From Selaginella moellendorffii (taxonomy: Eukaryota > Plantae > Lycopodiophyta), in assembly GCF_000143415.4 (NCBI RefSeq), contig NW_003314311.1, positions 726,181 to 790,180 of the forward strand: a stretch of DNA of 64,000 bases, written 5' to 3'. The translations under genes were made by a program, and so were the position numbers. The notes beneath the pieces were generated by a model. The model searched no databases and was not told the origin of the DNA. It worked only from the letters and a program-made list of their open reading frames with translations. Shown in pieces: positions 38,175 to 52,017 of this stretch (position 1 is the stretch's first letter; each line of letters starts with the position of its first letter).

Positions 38175-38360
38175 GCCACTACCACGTGGTGCCCTTTCGG
38201 CTCCACTTTGGGCCTTAGGGATATGTGTCTCACATTCGGCCACTACCACGTGGTGCCCTTTCAGCTCCACTTTGGGCCTTAGGGATATGTGTCTCACATT
38301 TGGCCACTACCACGTGGTGCCCTTTCGGCTCCACTTTGGGCCTTAGGGATTTGTGTCTCA
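38175..38360. repeat. ~62-bp tandem repeat x3
   Basis: GGCCACTACCACGTGGTGCCCTTTCGGCTCCACTTTGGGCCTTAGGGATATGTGTCTCAC repeated three times. Confidence 0.85.
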
Positions 38361-38399
38361 AAAATGTTTCATTAAAGAAAAATAAGTAAATCAACTACT

Positions 38400-40250
38400 T
38401 GTCAATTGTTTTTTGTTTCGGCAAGATGCTCATGAGTCTATCCTTGACTACATCACCAAGTTTTGAGCATATTAGAAGTAGTGTTGGGATCACAATATGG
38501 TCTAGAACGAGCAATAGGGGATCATAGCATTCACATCAGACTTATGCGGGAACTTGTAGCGGAAACTTTTCAAGAAGACATTTAGGTCTTATTACGAGGC
38601 ATTTTCATTTGCCACAAAGCTGGAAAGAGAGTTGCTTATCTACTTGGGGATTACTAGAGTTGAGTTTGACTTAGCCATCACCTTGTTGGAGTCACCTTGT
38701 GTAGTGGTTCACCTACCCCCACCAAAGCCTGTCACTGTTGAACACACACCTTTGGCTATTAAGAACTTTGCCAACAAAATGTGATAGCTAAAGGAGATCA
38801 TTCTTTTGCAACAAACACAGCATGACAAGTTGCTCTAGGAGCTTGTGGAGTCCAAGAAAGAAGTTGTAGTAGCTTGGGAATGCCAATTCAAGTCTCATTG
38901 GTGCATTCACTACGAGACAAACACACACAACATGCAGTGTTGCTTTAAGCTTCACATAGAGCTTTAAGCTCTGCCTTCTTAGTGTGCCTAAAAATGTCCC
39001 TTCACTGACAACTCCACACCATCTCATGGTCCAGAGACATACCAAGAGCAATTGGAGCAACAAACAATTGAAGCAACCTCTTTGTCAAACAAAGGGAAAG
39101 CACTAGCCCCATTGGTTAATATGATCTTGGTAGCTAAGGACCTCTACAAATAGCAACAATAAACTGCAGCCATTTGAGCCCAAGCAAAGAAAAAGGTGGC
39201 TGCTTAGCTCGTTGTGGATCCCTTAACACCAATTGTGAGTGAATATTTCTCTACACCAAATCTAGTGACACAATAGATGGCTTGTAAGCTCCCTTTCAAC
39301 TCACTACTTTCCTCTCCTCTTGGGATCTCACTAACTGCTATTTATGAAAATTTGTTCTAAGTGTAAAAGGTGGTTGTCAAAAGAGTCAAAGGCCATGCGT
39401 AAATCATCTATATACACCCCTAAGACTCTCTAATCAAGTCGTGAAAGGCATGGTCATAAAGTGCTGAAAACTAACTCCAACATTGCATAAGCCAAATGGT
39501 AGAACATTAAAAACAAAGACACCCCAAGGTGTTCAGAAGGCCATAAGATCTCAATGATCGGGATGGATGAAGATCTAGTTATACCCTGAAAAACTATCCA
39601 TAAAAGAGTAGTAATGGTGTCCAACCATCTCATCCATAATCGCATCAATAAATGGCATTGGGAAGTGATTTTTTGCAATTGTCTTGTTTAAATCTCAAAC
39701 GTCAATATAAAGGTAAAGTTTTCTATTTGCCTTGCGTTCATGGACAAAGTTGGCCACCCACTCTGAGTTCTCCAAAGGGTAAATAAAGCCAACTGTTAGA
39801 AGTCACTCAATCTCCAACTTCATCTCCAAGTGAGGTATCAAGTTGAAATGCCACATCTTTTAATAGACTAATTTAGCTTACTTAGAAAGCACTATGTTGT
39901 ATATGATTGTGTCCATGGGGACTCCTAAAAGCTAGCTATAGTCCCAAGCAAACATGTCCTTGAAACAGTGAAGGAGATCTAGCAACTTTGTTGTGTTTGT
40001 TGAAGTAAGTGATATGGTGATGAAAACCAAATCCTTATTATCACTGTTGTATCGAGAACTTGATGTCATAGCAAATCCCCATTGGAGGAATAGCTCTTAG
40101 TGATCTATAACTATGTTGAAAGACCAACTTTGAGAGAGATAATGTTGCTCCCAAAACTAGAGTTAACCAAAGCATCCATCTTATAAACCTGCATTAGGAC
40201 AAAAAAAGGACCAAGATATTTTGTCATGTCAGCAATGTGCACCTCTTGAA
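38400..40250. pseudogene. Gypsy (non-chromovirus) relics: gag fragment (+) and protease/RT fragment (-)
   Basis: FRQDAHESILDYITKF on the + strand; FKDMFAWDY and GVYIDDL on the - strand. Many stops. Confidence 0.6.
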
Positions 40251-41175
40251 GGGTTGTGTTGAGAGTGCTCTGTAGTGTTCATGATCTTGCAAATTCTTCC
40301 AAATGCTAGCTGAAGCCAAGGACAAGGCACAACATTTCATAAAGGGAAAAGGTAACAAGAGTGTCAATTAGCTACTAAAGAATTGGCTCCGCATTGCATC
40401 CTATAGTACAAACAGAACAATAGAGAATTGCGTATCTCCTATCATCATATATCACTATCTGTCGACAATATAAATTTACTTTGAACCCAAAAAAGTGTAA
40501 GTTCAAGGTGATTAAAGGCTAGTTGTTAGGCTTTGATGTCTCATATGATGGGATTAAGCCTCAGACAGCCAAGGCTTGTGAGATTTTAGATCAGCCCTTG
40601 CTGTAAGCTCATAAATTTGGACTTTATGGGAGGTCACTCAACCCATTACTTTACTCAAACCTATAAATTGCCCAAGAATGGTAAGTGTAAAAATGATGAA
40701 AAATAGGGTGATATAGTAGAGTGTTGAGATGGTGGTGGCACTCTAAAGAGGTGGCTATCTTTAAAAGCATCAAGACTATGGTCTAATATGTTAGACTAAA
40801 GAAATTACAATTGAAAAGGATAGCATAGTTGTTGGATTGTTGGTAAAGAGAGGTGGTATATGCCCATTGAGGATAGAGCTAAAGGAAATGACTTCGGCTT
40901 TTATGGCCTTCCTTAAGGATCCATTTAGGTGCCTTGAGTGAATGGGTCCACCTGTCTAGAAGAAGGTTGCTCCAAAAAGGCTAGTACATTATCAGTAAAT
41001 GGTCATAATGGTATTTTGAAAATAGCATATCCAAATGAGATGATGTCTTTTGCTACTAGTGCGTGTATGTGTGTCCGTGATATGGTGTAAAGATGACTTC
41101 AAACGAAGTTGTGGATGATGGTAAAAGAATGAAGATGCAAGATGGGCATTTGGAAGTGAAGTGAGTGCATACAAT

Positions 41176-41368
41176 TGTAAGCAACCAAAGGGAACACTCG
41201 AGAGACGATCCATGGGGTTCAAATATAAATGGAAAGGGCCCATGAATAAAAATGCACCTCCTTTTCCAATCGGTTAAGGGTCTTGAGATACTTGGGGTTA
41301 TGCGTTCTTGGGTTTAAATAGTACCGGGCTGGGTGATCTCCCGAGAAGTCCAAATTTATGAGCTTACA
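41176..41368 (+). repeat. ~193-bp LTR (second LTR family) followed by a degenerate tRNA-Met-like PBS
   Basis: TGTAAGCAACC...GAGCTTACA, followed by TTTAGTATTAGAG (compare TGGTATCAGAGC). Confidence 0.75.
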
Positions 41369-43419
41369 TTTAGTATTAGAGGGGTCTCGGGTCTGACTTT
41401 GTTGGTGGCTAAAGAAATCACACCATATATTGCATTTGGCAGGTCTAGTTTGCTCCTAGCTAGGCTCAACTCGAAGGGTAGAGTGTCAAGAGAGTGGGTC
41501 TCTTGGGAGAGCTATAGCTTTCAACTTCTGTTCACGAGAGAATGTTGCTAGAAGTGATTGGTGATAAATTTGTGAGTGTAGATGACATGGAATGTAAATG
41601 TAAATAATAGGGAAGGGTCAAAAAACCTAAGCCAAATGAGGAACCTCTATACAAATAGCAATGTGTGAGATACAAATCCCTAAGCCCTAAAGTGGAGCCA
41701 AAAGAGTTCCACGTAGAAGTGGCTGAAGCGAAAGCCAAACAAGCATAACACATTTGGACTAAGAGCTTCGAGTTAAAAAGTTGAGAGCAGGAGTGGAACT
41801 CCCAAAGAAGTGTTTGAGGAATGAGCACAAAGCAAGTAATAAGTGAGTCCCCAAAATAGGGACACAAAAGGACTAACACATGACACATGGCCGAAGCGAA
41901 AGCCAAACAAGCGTAACACATTTGGACTAAAAGCTTCAACTTGAAAAGTCGAGAGCGGGAGTGGAACTTTTAAAGAAGTGTTCAAGGAATGAGCACAAAG
42001 CGAGTAATAAGTGAGTCCCCAAAATAGGGACACAAAAGGACTAACATGTGACACATGGAAGTGTCCGAGATGGAGTCCAAGATGAACCCGAGATAGACCT
42101 AAAATGGAGTCTGAGATGGACTCTGAGATGGAGTTTGAGATGGAACCGAGACCAAGTCTGAGTTTGAGTGTTCAAAGAACGAGCACAAAGCGAGTAATAA
42201 GTAAGTCCCCAAAATAGAAACACAAAAGGACTAACATGTGACATGTAGAAGTGTTCGAGATGGACCCGAGATGGACCTAAAATGGAGTTTGAGATGGAGT
42301 CTAAGATGGAGTCTGAGATGAAGTCCAAGATGGAACCGAGACCGAGACCGAGACTAAGACTGAGTCCGAGTTCGAGTTCGAGTCCGAATACTAATACAAG
42401 CTATTGGGTGAAAGCCCAAAGCAATCGTCCCCGGAGGGCGGGGGGGGGGGGGGGGGGGCGGGGCTGCAAGGGGTTCCAAAGTATAGTAGGGAGTGTATGG
42501 GGGCTGGACCCTAGTCGAGCCAGTTTGGCCTAGGAAGGTGCCATACTCAGTTGCTAGGTGATGAACTAACCATTGGGAAGTCCAAGGGTAGAGTGAATAC
42601 AGACTGATAAGTTGAGTAGCTTGGTGAAATATTCAAGAGCCGGCTTTAGTTCCTTCGGGAGATTGAATGGTCGATGCTCCTAGTCCAAGCATGGGTGGCA
42701 CTACCTACTTGGATACCTAGTGTGGCTCAACAGAACCTCGCTCTAAGTCCATGGCTAGAGCACCCAAAGGCAGAAGGTGGGGAGAGTACCCATGAGGCTT
42801 GCATAGGGCTATGGTGTTCCAAAATGTTATCCCCAAAGTCCCAGATTATGGAAAGGAAGAGGAGTAATCCTCTAGTGTGGCGACCAAAGATACAGTCATA
42901 CAGTGAGGAAGTCCAAGAGGACAATGGGACTTGGTGGTCAAGCTTGTGGGCCTTGATCCAATGGCAATGTTGGCGAACACAGCTATGGACAGAAAGGGAA
43001 CTTGGTGGGGACTGAAAAAGGGATATTGGGGAAGGTTGTTTCCTATATCTATGGCATCCTAAGGATGCTAAGGAGTGAATCTGGGATGACCACTCATGGA
43101 CGAATGGCCCAGTCTTGGAGAAACAAGACTGTGATGCAGGTGGTATTGGCCCAACAGTGCGGCAAAGGTGATTGGCCATGGCCTTAGTGTAACAGGCTGA
43201 TATGTCGGTGGTACCTTTGAGTGTTGATCATGGGATTGGATATGTGGAGCCCTTGTGAATGAGACTCTTCCAAGTGGTCGAAGGTGTGGTTAAGTGACTA
43301 AAGTAGAATGGAAAAATTAATCACTTACACAATGCAACCTAAGCATGAAATCCAGAACTAAGAAAGAAAATTGTGAAAGAAAAGTGAAAGAAAAGAAGTA
43401 AATGAAAAAGAAGGGAAAA

Positions 43420-45220
43420 GGAACACTTCATTGGATAAAGCATTTAAAGTGAGAGTGATTGTGAGTGTGTGGGAGTTCATATCTATCAGCATCTACTAAC
43501 AACATATATGCTCCACCTCCAATATGTCACTGCATGAAATAAGGGCTGGAACTTTGAAAGTGGTGTGAACTCCTTGAGTAAGACAAAATTGCCATCCTCA
43601 AATGGTTCAATTGACTGCCGGTGATCAATGACTAATATGATCTTTTGCTTGCCTCAAAGGAGATGTTCAATTATGACTTTTTGTTGTTCCTCCAAGGCAA
43701 GAACTTCCAAGTCACGTGCATGAAGTTTGTCCTCATTGCTAAGTTGCATCTTTGTCGCATATCAAAGCAAAAGTGAAAGTGATGGCACTTGGATCTCCAC
43801 TAGAAGCATAGCCTCTATCCCATAGACAAGAGAGAATGGAGTTGTAAAGATAGTTGTCTTGAAAGACATCCAAAAGGCCCACAATACTGTAACCAAGTGC
43901 TCATACCAATGCCTTGGGTGATCCTCCACAAACTTTGAGATGATGGTCTTCAAAAACTTGTTGCTGAACTCTGCCTAGCCATTGCACTTAGGATAGTAAC
44001 TGCTGCTTTCACATGCTTGACTTACAGTTGCTAGAGAAGATGCTCCATCACTTGTCCAAGGAAGCTATTGCCACAATTAGAAATCAAAACTATATCAAAT
44101 GATGTACTCATAGATAAACTTTGTTGTAGATTGTTGATTTGCCTATTGTAGAAGGATGGCCTCAACCCATTTTGTAAAATAGTCCATTACCACAATAATA
44201 TATCATTATCCTTTTGAGCTTAGTGGATTGATCAAGCCAACATAGTCAAGTCCCCCTAGAAAAAGGGACCAGAAGAAGTGATGAACTGAAAAGAAGGTGT
44301 GGAATGTGGCTTTAGAGCACTGCTCACATGCCTTTGCATACTCTAAGTTGTCTTTGTAAACCTGAGGCCAAAAGGAGCCATAGTGCAAAAGGAGCTATGT
44401 TGTGACATATCCTGAGAAATGCCTTGCACAACAGTGGAAAGCAAGAAGAAGCTCAAGGATCTTATGTTCACCCACACACCACAACAAGACATCTTGTGTG
44501 TCCATTTAAAAGGCAAAATCCCCATGCTTGGATATCCAATACCTTTTGTTGAGTTAGTGAGGAATCTATTGAAAACTCGTTTGAATCCAAATAGACTGCA
44601 ATATCTTGTAAAGCTGCTGGGACCATAAAGGAGGTAGCCTTAGCAACCAAGAACTTGCTTGGATCTATCACACACTTTTTCTGTATGTGAAAAGTTGGCT
44701 AGAACTTTTGGATGGTCACAGTCCAAGATAAGTATAAGGACTATGAACTAATTGCTTTAAAAGAAAGCTTAGCACATTAAAATAGACATGAAAATGGATA
44801 TCAGCTCCATCAAGAAAGTGACAAAATTGCTCCAAGGTGTAAACAACAACCATTACTTCTTTTTCTACATCCACATACTTCTTCTTAATCTCCTTGAATA
44901 AATGTGAGGTATAGTATGTTGCATGTGGTGGCTTGCCAAGCTCTAAATGTTGGCAAAGGCATAGTCTAAAAGCCTCTACTCTAGTCATGATATAAATCTT
45001 GAAAGGAAGTGTTCACTTCGGTGGCTGGAGAACTAGGGTCGTGCGTAGTGATTGCTTTAACAAATCAAAGGTTGTTGCTAGCTCTCACCCTATATAAATA
45101 GAATATTATGTTATAGTAGAGTTGTTAGAGGCCATGAACGTGACATAATTGTGGAGGAAATAGCAAAAGAAACCTATTTGCCTGAGAAAGCCATAAAGTT
45201 GCTTCAAATTAGTTGGCAAG
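43420..45220 (-). pseudogene. Gypsy RT-tail/RNase H/integrase relic
   Basis: GLDYVGLINP, DYFTKWVEA, WYEHLVTVLWAF..TTPFSLVYGIEAMLLVE. Confidence 0.75.
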
Positions 45221-45341
45221 TATAAACAACCAAAAGGAATAATTTAAAAGATGATCCATAAAGGTTTAAATATAGAAAGAAAAGGCCTATGAATACTCTT
45301 TCCAATCGGTTAAGGGTTTTAAAATACTTAGGGTTAAGCAT

Positions 45342-48300
45342 TGTTAGGGCGTGGCCACCGGGAGAGTGAGAGAGAGAGAGGGAATATTCTGAGGATCAAA
45401 ATATTCCCCATCTTCCTTGTATAAAACCCTTGCCTCACAAGGGCAAGGGGGGGGGGGGCATTTTGTGGAGAGTAGTGAAGCATTTCTCGTGTTTGAGCAA
45501 GCGTTGGGGGAAGTGCCCCTCCTTCCCCCAACAAATGGTGAACCTGGCGTGACGTGCAACACTTTCTGAAGCGTCGTTTCTCTCTTTTCTTTTGGCCGCA
45601 GAGTTTGGGAAGGAATTCCTTGTTCGTCTTGCGGTGGTTTTCTTTGATTTTGAGCGTGTTATATAGGTCTAGAGCTCCTCTTTCCAGCAAGGTATGGCGC
45701 TCATCAAGCCGTGCAGTATTTGAAGAGATACAACGTTTCTTGGGTCGCTCGGATGAGCATTTTGGGGTTTTCACTTTCTCGCCTAAATCGTTAGCTGAAT
45801 TTCTCAAGGTAGTGCATTTGGGTTTGTAGATCTGGCCTAGATCTATGAGTAGTGGTAGTGCTTGGCACTAGATTTAGGTGAATTGATGGCATGCAAAAGG
45901 ATTTTCTCCTCCAGCTAAATTGGGTCATCTTTGGAGCAGGAATTCGTGCTCCTCCGAGCTTTGTTTTGGATGCCGTTTGTTTCTAGAGGTGCTCCTGATC
46001 TTAGGCTTTCCAGAAATACTAAAGGCGCCTCAATATCAATCTACATCACGGACATGCATATGTTTTTCCACAATGTTGGCATTCTGGGCTACCTCTTCAT
46101 GGATTTCAAGGAATATTGAGGTGGCTTCTTCCCAAATTCCTACGATAGAGGGTAGACGGGGCTGAGCTCTTTCCAACGAGCCCACCAACAGTCAAAATGG
46201 GGAAGGATTGAGACTAGAGGACTCATTTTTCTCTTTTGGGCTAAACTTTGTTGGGAGTTCCTTGGGAACAAAGCAATCTTCAAGGAATAGGTAGCCGTAG
46301 GAACAGGAATAGGAGGAGCAAGAACAAGAGTTGGCATAGGAACAGGTGCAAGAGTAGGAGCGAGAGCAGGGGTTACCAGTTATAGGTCCCTGGTTACGGG
46401 TTACCGGTTACCGGTTACCAGTTACTCCAGCGGCTACTCTGGCAGTTACCCTACAAGTCAACGGCTTAAGGCCTATATCTCCTTCCATTTTGACCCTTAT
46501 TTCTTTTTGTCACAAGCATTTTGGGCAACTTTGAGCAGCTTGGGCACTAGCCTGCAGTCATCTTGCTTCTACCAACCCAGTTGCCTTGACTAGGCATTTG
46601 CAGTGTTCAGGGTATTTGATGCCAATACAAATTAAACGTACGACAAATTGGCGCCCTTTTACCATACCTCAAGGCCCTAAGCTATGGCGCAGCCACCTTT
46701 AGCTCGACTCCAGTTCCATGTTCTGCAGAAGGGGAGTGATTTGCCAACCTTCTCTGGTGTTGGAACAGTCATTGATCACCAGCGGTCTGCCGAAACATTC
46801 GAGGATGGCAATCTCGTTCTACTCAAGGAGTTTACGCCACCTTCAAAGTTCTCCCCTTGCTGGACCGGCCCCTACTTTGTCCAACAACACATCGGAGGTG
46901 GAGCATATGTGCTAGTTGATGCTGATAGGTGTGAGCTCCCACACGCTCACAACCACTCTCATCTCAAATGCTTCATCCGGTGAGGCGTTCCTCTTCTTTT
47001 TCTTTTTCTTTTTCTTTTTCTTCCTTTCTTTCACTTTACTTTCGTGGCTACTTTTCTTACTTTCAGAGGGTGTTTCTCCATTGGACTGTGGCCCATGCCT
47101 TGGATTTCGTGCTCAGGCTGCATTGTCATTTGTATGGAGGTTCCTCGCTTGGCTCGGTCTATGTTCCAGGTTCTTTGGCCCTTCCTTTATCATTACTATA
47201 CCGTGCACATTTCCCACACTCATTCCATATATCTACACTCACAATTCCATCACCAATCACTTCCAACAGCGTTGCCCGCACTTATCTCTAGATGTCCGTC
47301 TTGCATCTTTCATTCTTTCACCATCATTCACACTTCTGTTTGAGGTCACATTTACACCATACCACAGACGCACATACATGCACCAGCAGCAAAAGACACC
47401 ACCTCATTTGGACGTGCCATGTCCAAGATGTCCTTACGACCATTTGCCGACAACGCACTAGCTTTTCTGGAGTGACTTTCTCCCAACCAGGTGAACCTGT
47501 TCACTCAAGGCACCTAGGTGGATCTTTAGGCAAGGCCATAGAAGCCGAAGCCACTTTCTTCTGCTCCAGCACTCAGTAGACATATGCCACCTCTCTTTAC
47601 CGGCAACCCAGTGACTATGCCGTCCTTTTCAGCTGTTGACTTCTTCAGTCCAACACATCAGATTGGCCACCTTCTCAGAGTGCCACCACCATCTCGGCGC
47701 TCCACCATATCGGTGCTGGAGCAAGCGCAGGAGTAGGAGCGAGAGCAAGTGGTTACCAGTTACAGGTTACAGGTCCCTGGTTACTAGTTACTAGTTACTG
47801 GTTCCCGGTTACCGGCTACTTTGAGTGGTCAATGCTTACTCTATAGGCCAACGGTTACCAAGGGCCATCTTTTCAAAGTGCCACCACCATCTCGGTGCTC
47901 CACTATATCACTCTATCTTTCATCATTTCCACACTTACCACCCTTGGGCAACGCATCCCCTCTTCTACCTCTCTTTCTTTCTTGATTTCGGCCAATCCTT
48001 AGAGCATACTGGAAGTCATCAAGAGGCTGCATTTGCATGTTACACTTTTCTGAGCCGAAATCTAGGTACGGGTTAAGTTCTTTGGGTACTCACACTCTTT
48101 TTCCTCTATTTTCTTCTTTTTTTCACACTTTTTCTATACTTTTCTTCACCTTCAGGATCTAGTTTGACTACAGGGTTTCCCACCAGGTTTTCCTCCTTGT
48201 CTCCAAACTTCACACCTACCTTTTTTCTTTCTTTTCCACTCTGTTTTCTAGAGTTTCTACTATTTCACACAGCTACCAGCACTTGGCATCAGTAGCAGAG

Positions 48301-48552
48301 GTACACTCTACACTCTTCGGAGGGTTCTTGCGCGTCTGGAGCCAGCGCAATCCACCCTGGTCGCATGTTAGGGCGTGGCCACTGGGAGAGTGAGAGAAAG
48401 AGAGGGAATATTTTGAGGACCAAAATATTCCCTATCTTCCTTGTATAAAACCCTTGCCTCACAAGGGCAAGAGGGGGCATTTTGTGGAGAGTAGTGAAGC
48501 ATTTCTCGTGTTTGAGCGAGCGTTGGGGGAAGCGCCCCTCCTTCCCCCAATA
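45342..48552 (+). mobile_element. 3.2-kb non-autonomous LTR retroelement (LTRs 45342-45533 and 48366-48552), 4-bp TSD GCAT
   Basis: Near-identical ~190-bp LTRs and PBS TGGTGAACCTGGCGTG. Only an integrase C-terminal GPY fragment (46775-46983) remains. The element is inserted into an LTR of the second family. Confidence 0.85.
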
Positions 48553-48952
48553 GCATCCTTCCCTTTTATGTTTTTTTCTTTCTCGATTTTAGCCAATCAT
48601 TGGAATATACCCTAAGTCATCACAAGATTGTATTTACATATTACACTTTCCTGAGCCGAAATCTAAGTAAGGGTTAAATTCTTTGGGTACTCACTCTTTT
48701 TCTTCTAACTTTCCATGTTTTCTTCATCTTTTCTTTCATATTAGGGTCCAATTTGACTACAAAAATCCCATTGAGATTTCCTCCCTATCTTCAAACTTCA
48801 TATTTACCTCTTTTCTTTCTTTTTTCACTTGTTTTCTAGAGTTTCTACTAGTTCACATAATTATTAATCCTTGGCATCACCACTAAAGGTACACTTTATA
48901 CTCTTTAGAGGTTTTTATATGTCTAGAGCCAATGCAATCCATTGTGATCATA

Positions 48953-49142
48953 TGTTACAGCATGGCCACTTAAAGAGTATGAGAGTGAGAGAGAGAATAT
49001 TTTGATTTTTGGAATATTCCTCATCCTTCGTATAAAACCCTTGCCCCACAAGGGCAATGGGGGCAGGAGGGCATTTGTGGAGAGTGTTAGAGCATTTTTT
49101 TGTTGAGCAAGTGTTAGGGGAGCACCTCTCATTCCCCTAACA
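48953..49142 (+). repeat. Diverged LTR of the 45342 family with upstream 3' internal region
   Basis: Similar to 48366-48552; 48560-48950 resembles 47960-48365. Confidence 0.75.
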
Positions 49143-49264
49143 TGTATGAATACAAGAGAACATGAGTGTGCTTAGTTATCATCATCCTAGGTTCAAATGA
49201 AGGGACGTTCCCTACTATGATGTATTTTGACTATACTTAACTTTTCATTTTGCACATGAATACT

Positions 49265-50107
49265 TTTGATATTGGTTTCATTAGGTTCGAAGCCTTTGAA
49301 GCATCCACATGCAAGATTAAAGGTCTAATGTAGTCAAGATATACCAAAATTAAAGGAATTATCAACACCTTTTTGAGATCCACAAATGCCCACTTACAAT
49401 CCTCAAATTAAAGCTATCAAATGTGTGTTTGGATCCAAAGACATAACTTATCTTAGATATTACATTTTTTGCAAATATTTACAAGTTGATTCTAACAAAC
49501 TTGTGAAGTTCCCTACTTTGAAGTGTGTGAATGATGTGTAACACTTCTTTTAATATTTTGGTCATTTTTTTTATCATGTTTCTGATTATACTACATTATT
49601 ATAAGCACTATTGAAGTCATTCACATTATCTTTCATTTGGTTTAAAGATTGCAAATGGGCATTTGCAAATATCAAAAAAGTGTTGAAAACTCTTTTAGTT
49701 TTAATGTATCTTAACCTTTCATCTTGCACGTGGATGATTCAAGGAATTTAAGCTTAATGAGACCAATATTAGAAGAACCTGCATAGGTCAAGTGTAATCA
49801 AGGTACATTAAAACTAAAGGAGTTATCAACACCATTTTGAGATACATAAATGTTCACTTGCAATTCTTAGACCAGATAAAAGATGATGTGGACAACTTCA
49901 AGAAAGCTCACAATAATGTAGTATGATCAAAAATATAATTGACATATATGACCAAGATATTGAAGGAAACACTACCTATCATTCACACACTTCAGGGTAA
50001 AAACTTCATAACTTTTTTAGAGTTAACTTGCAAACCTTTACAAGAAATGTAGTATGTAAGATAAATTGTGTCTTTGGACTCAAACACACACTTCAATAGC
50101 TTCAGCT
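49265..50107. repeat. Complex foldback (X-Y-X'-X-Y') inverted repeat
   Basis: 49265-49410 is inverted at 49636-49770 and partly repeated directly at 49785-49875; 49411-49635 is inverted at 49876-50107. Confidence 0.7.
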
Positions 50108-52017
50108 TCAAACAAATTTTCTATAGTTGATCCAACACCTTGCTAACATAATGGATATATTCCTCCTATGTCCCCTTTGAGTGGATCAAGATATTATCAC
50201 TGAAATTGATAATTACCTCTTATATATCACAAAAAATCATGTTCATCATCTATTAAAAAGTTGTTAGAGCATTATTTAAACCAAATAATATCATGAAAAA
50301 CTCATACAAACTAAATGATATATAGAAAGCAATCTTGGGAACATTCTCCTAAGCCATTGGCATTTATTAGTACTTAAAAGTAAGATTTAATTTAGTGACT
50401 AGTAACTTCACTCTATACAATATAAAAAATTGATAGTGTGAGGAAGAGGGTACATATTTAAGGTTGTTATATCATTTAATAGATAATAGTTAATGCAAAA
50501 TCAATTATTTTTATTAGGATTTGTCATAAGATGATGTTTACACATCTAAGGACTCTAAGACTTGTGAATAGCACCTTTCTCTCACATTTCCCAAACATTT
50601 GTTTGTAAAATTTTAATCTCCTTTGGTAACTAATGTTGAACACAAATTTTAATTAGATGAGCATCCCTAGTTGGAATATGATGATGCATTGCAATCTTAA
50701 ACTTAGACAATAGGTCAATATTGAAGAAATTAGCATACTCATGTTTAAGTTGATCAATTGCCATAGCATAAAGACTATCTTAGAAATCTAAAGAGGGAAT
50801 AAAAGAACAAAAATGAAACACAATAAAAAATAATGGGAAAATAAAAGTAATGGAAGTAGAAGGGACAAAATGAAATAGAAATGAGAGGAATAAAAGAGAT
50901 ATAAAAGAGCATGAGACAAAGGGGAAAAACCTTAAAGTCATACTTAGCATGATTGCACTGCAATAAATTTATACTAAAGATGAGGTCAAAAGCTTAATTT
51001 AGCATCACTCATAACAACTGGAGCTCAAGCTTAAGACCACCCACATACCTTATTTTGCACACACACATGTGTATGGCTATTGCAATAGAGAATGAAGACT
51101 AACTCTGCTACATGGCATAAATGTAAACGGCAATATATAACAATAAGTTGAGCAATAGAAGATGAATTTAAATCCATATCAACTAACACAAAGAGGGTAA
51201 TATGAGACTTTAAGTTATCAAACCGAGTTTGAATAATGAACACTAAATGAATTGATACAAAATAAACCCCTTGATGGTTTCTTGAAAGAATAATGAAAGA
51301 GTCACTAACTTATTTATATAAAGTCCTTCCATTACTTGTGTGACTTTTTTTTTCTTGGAAGCAATTAAACTTACCCAAGCTAGATGTAGAACAAGGACAC
51401 ACACACATCTAGTAGGGAACCAAACAATATCTCAAGTATAGCCATACATTCAGCCTACCTATTATCATTATTATATATTTGGAAACCTCTATTTGGAAAC
51501 TCCTATAACATTGATTGCTCACAACAAAATCTTACAATGCTTTGCACATTCTTGTACATGCTAACCTCCATAGGTCATGAATTGAATCGAATCACTAAAA
51601 ATAAAGGAGATAATATGGCTACATATGTGGTGTGGCATGTGCCATGCAAATATTATAATGCCTTCAATCATGAAACGCAATCGAAACGTGATTGTGTGTA
51701 TAATAATTTCGTGTGTAATTGAGAAAAAAATAAAAAAACTGCATATGTGTCAGAATTTAAGGGATTAGCTATAAGGAAAAACTAAAAATGAATAGAATAA
51801 ACAAGAAAGAACAAACAAGTAAAAATAATATTTAACATCTCCACCAATGTCACATTTTTTCATTTATAATACTGGATGATTTACTTGTAAATTAAAGTGT
51901 TAATATTAGATAGTATCTCATATACAATATAGACTATTTGATTTTATTGAATAGTCCATCTAAGGGTTTAAATCTAATTCTGATATTTTATATCATAAAT
52001 ACTAATCATTCTCATAA

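Noticed and set aside
37384-38282. Long ORFs in several frames (ES-, RT-, GL-repeat proteins)
   Set aside because: Artefacts of a stop-free hexamer array.
34977-49142. Single large LTR element bounded by LTRs at 34977 and 48953
   Set aside because: The flanks (GTGGG vs TGTAT) do not form a TSD and the internal pieces are in mixed orientation.
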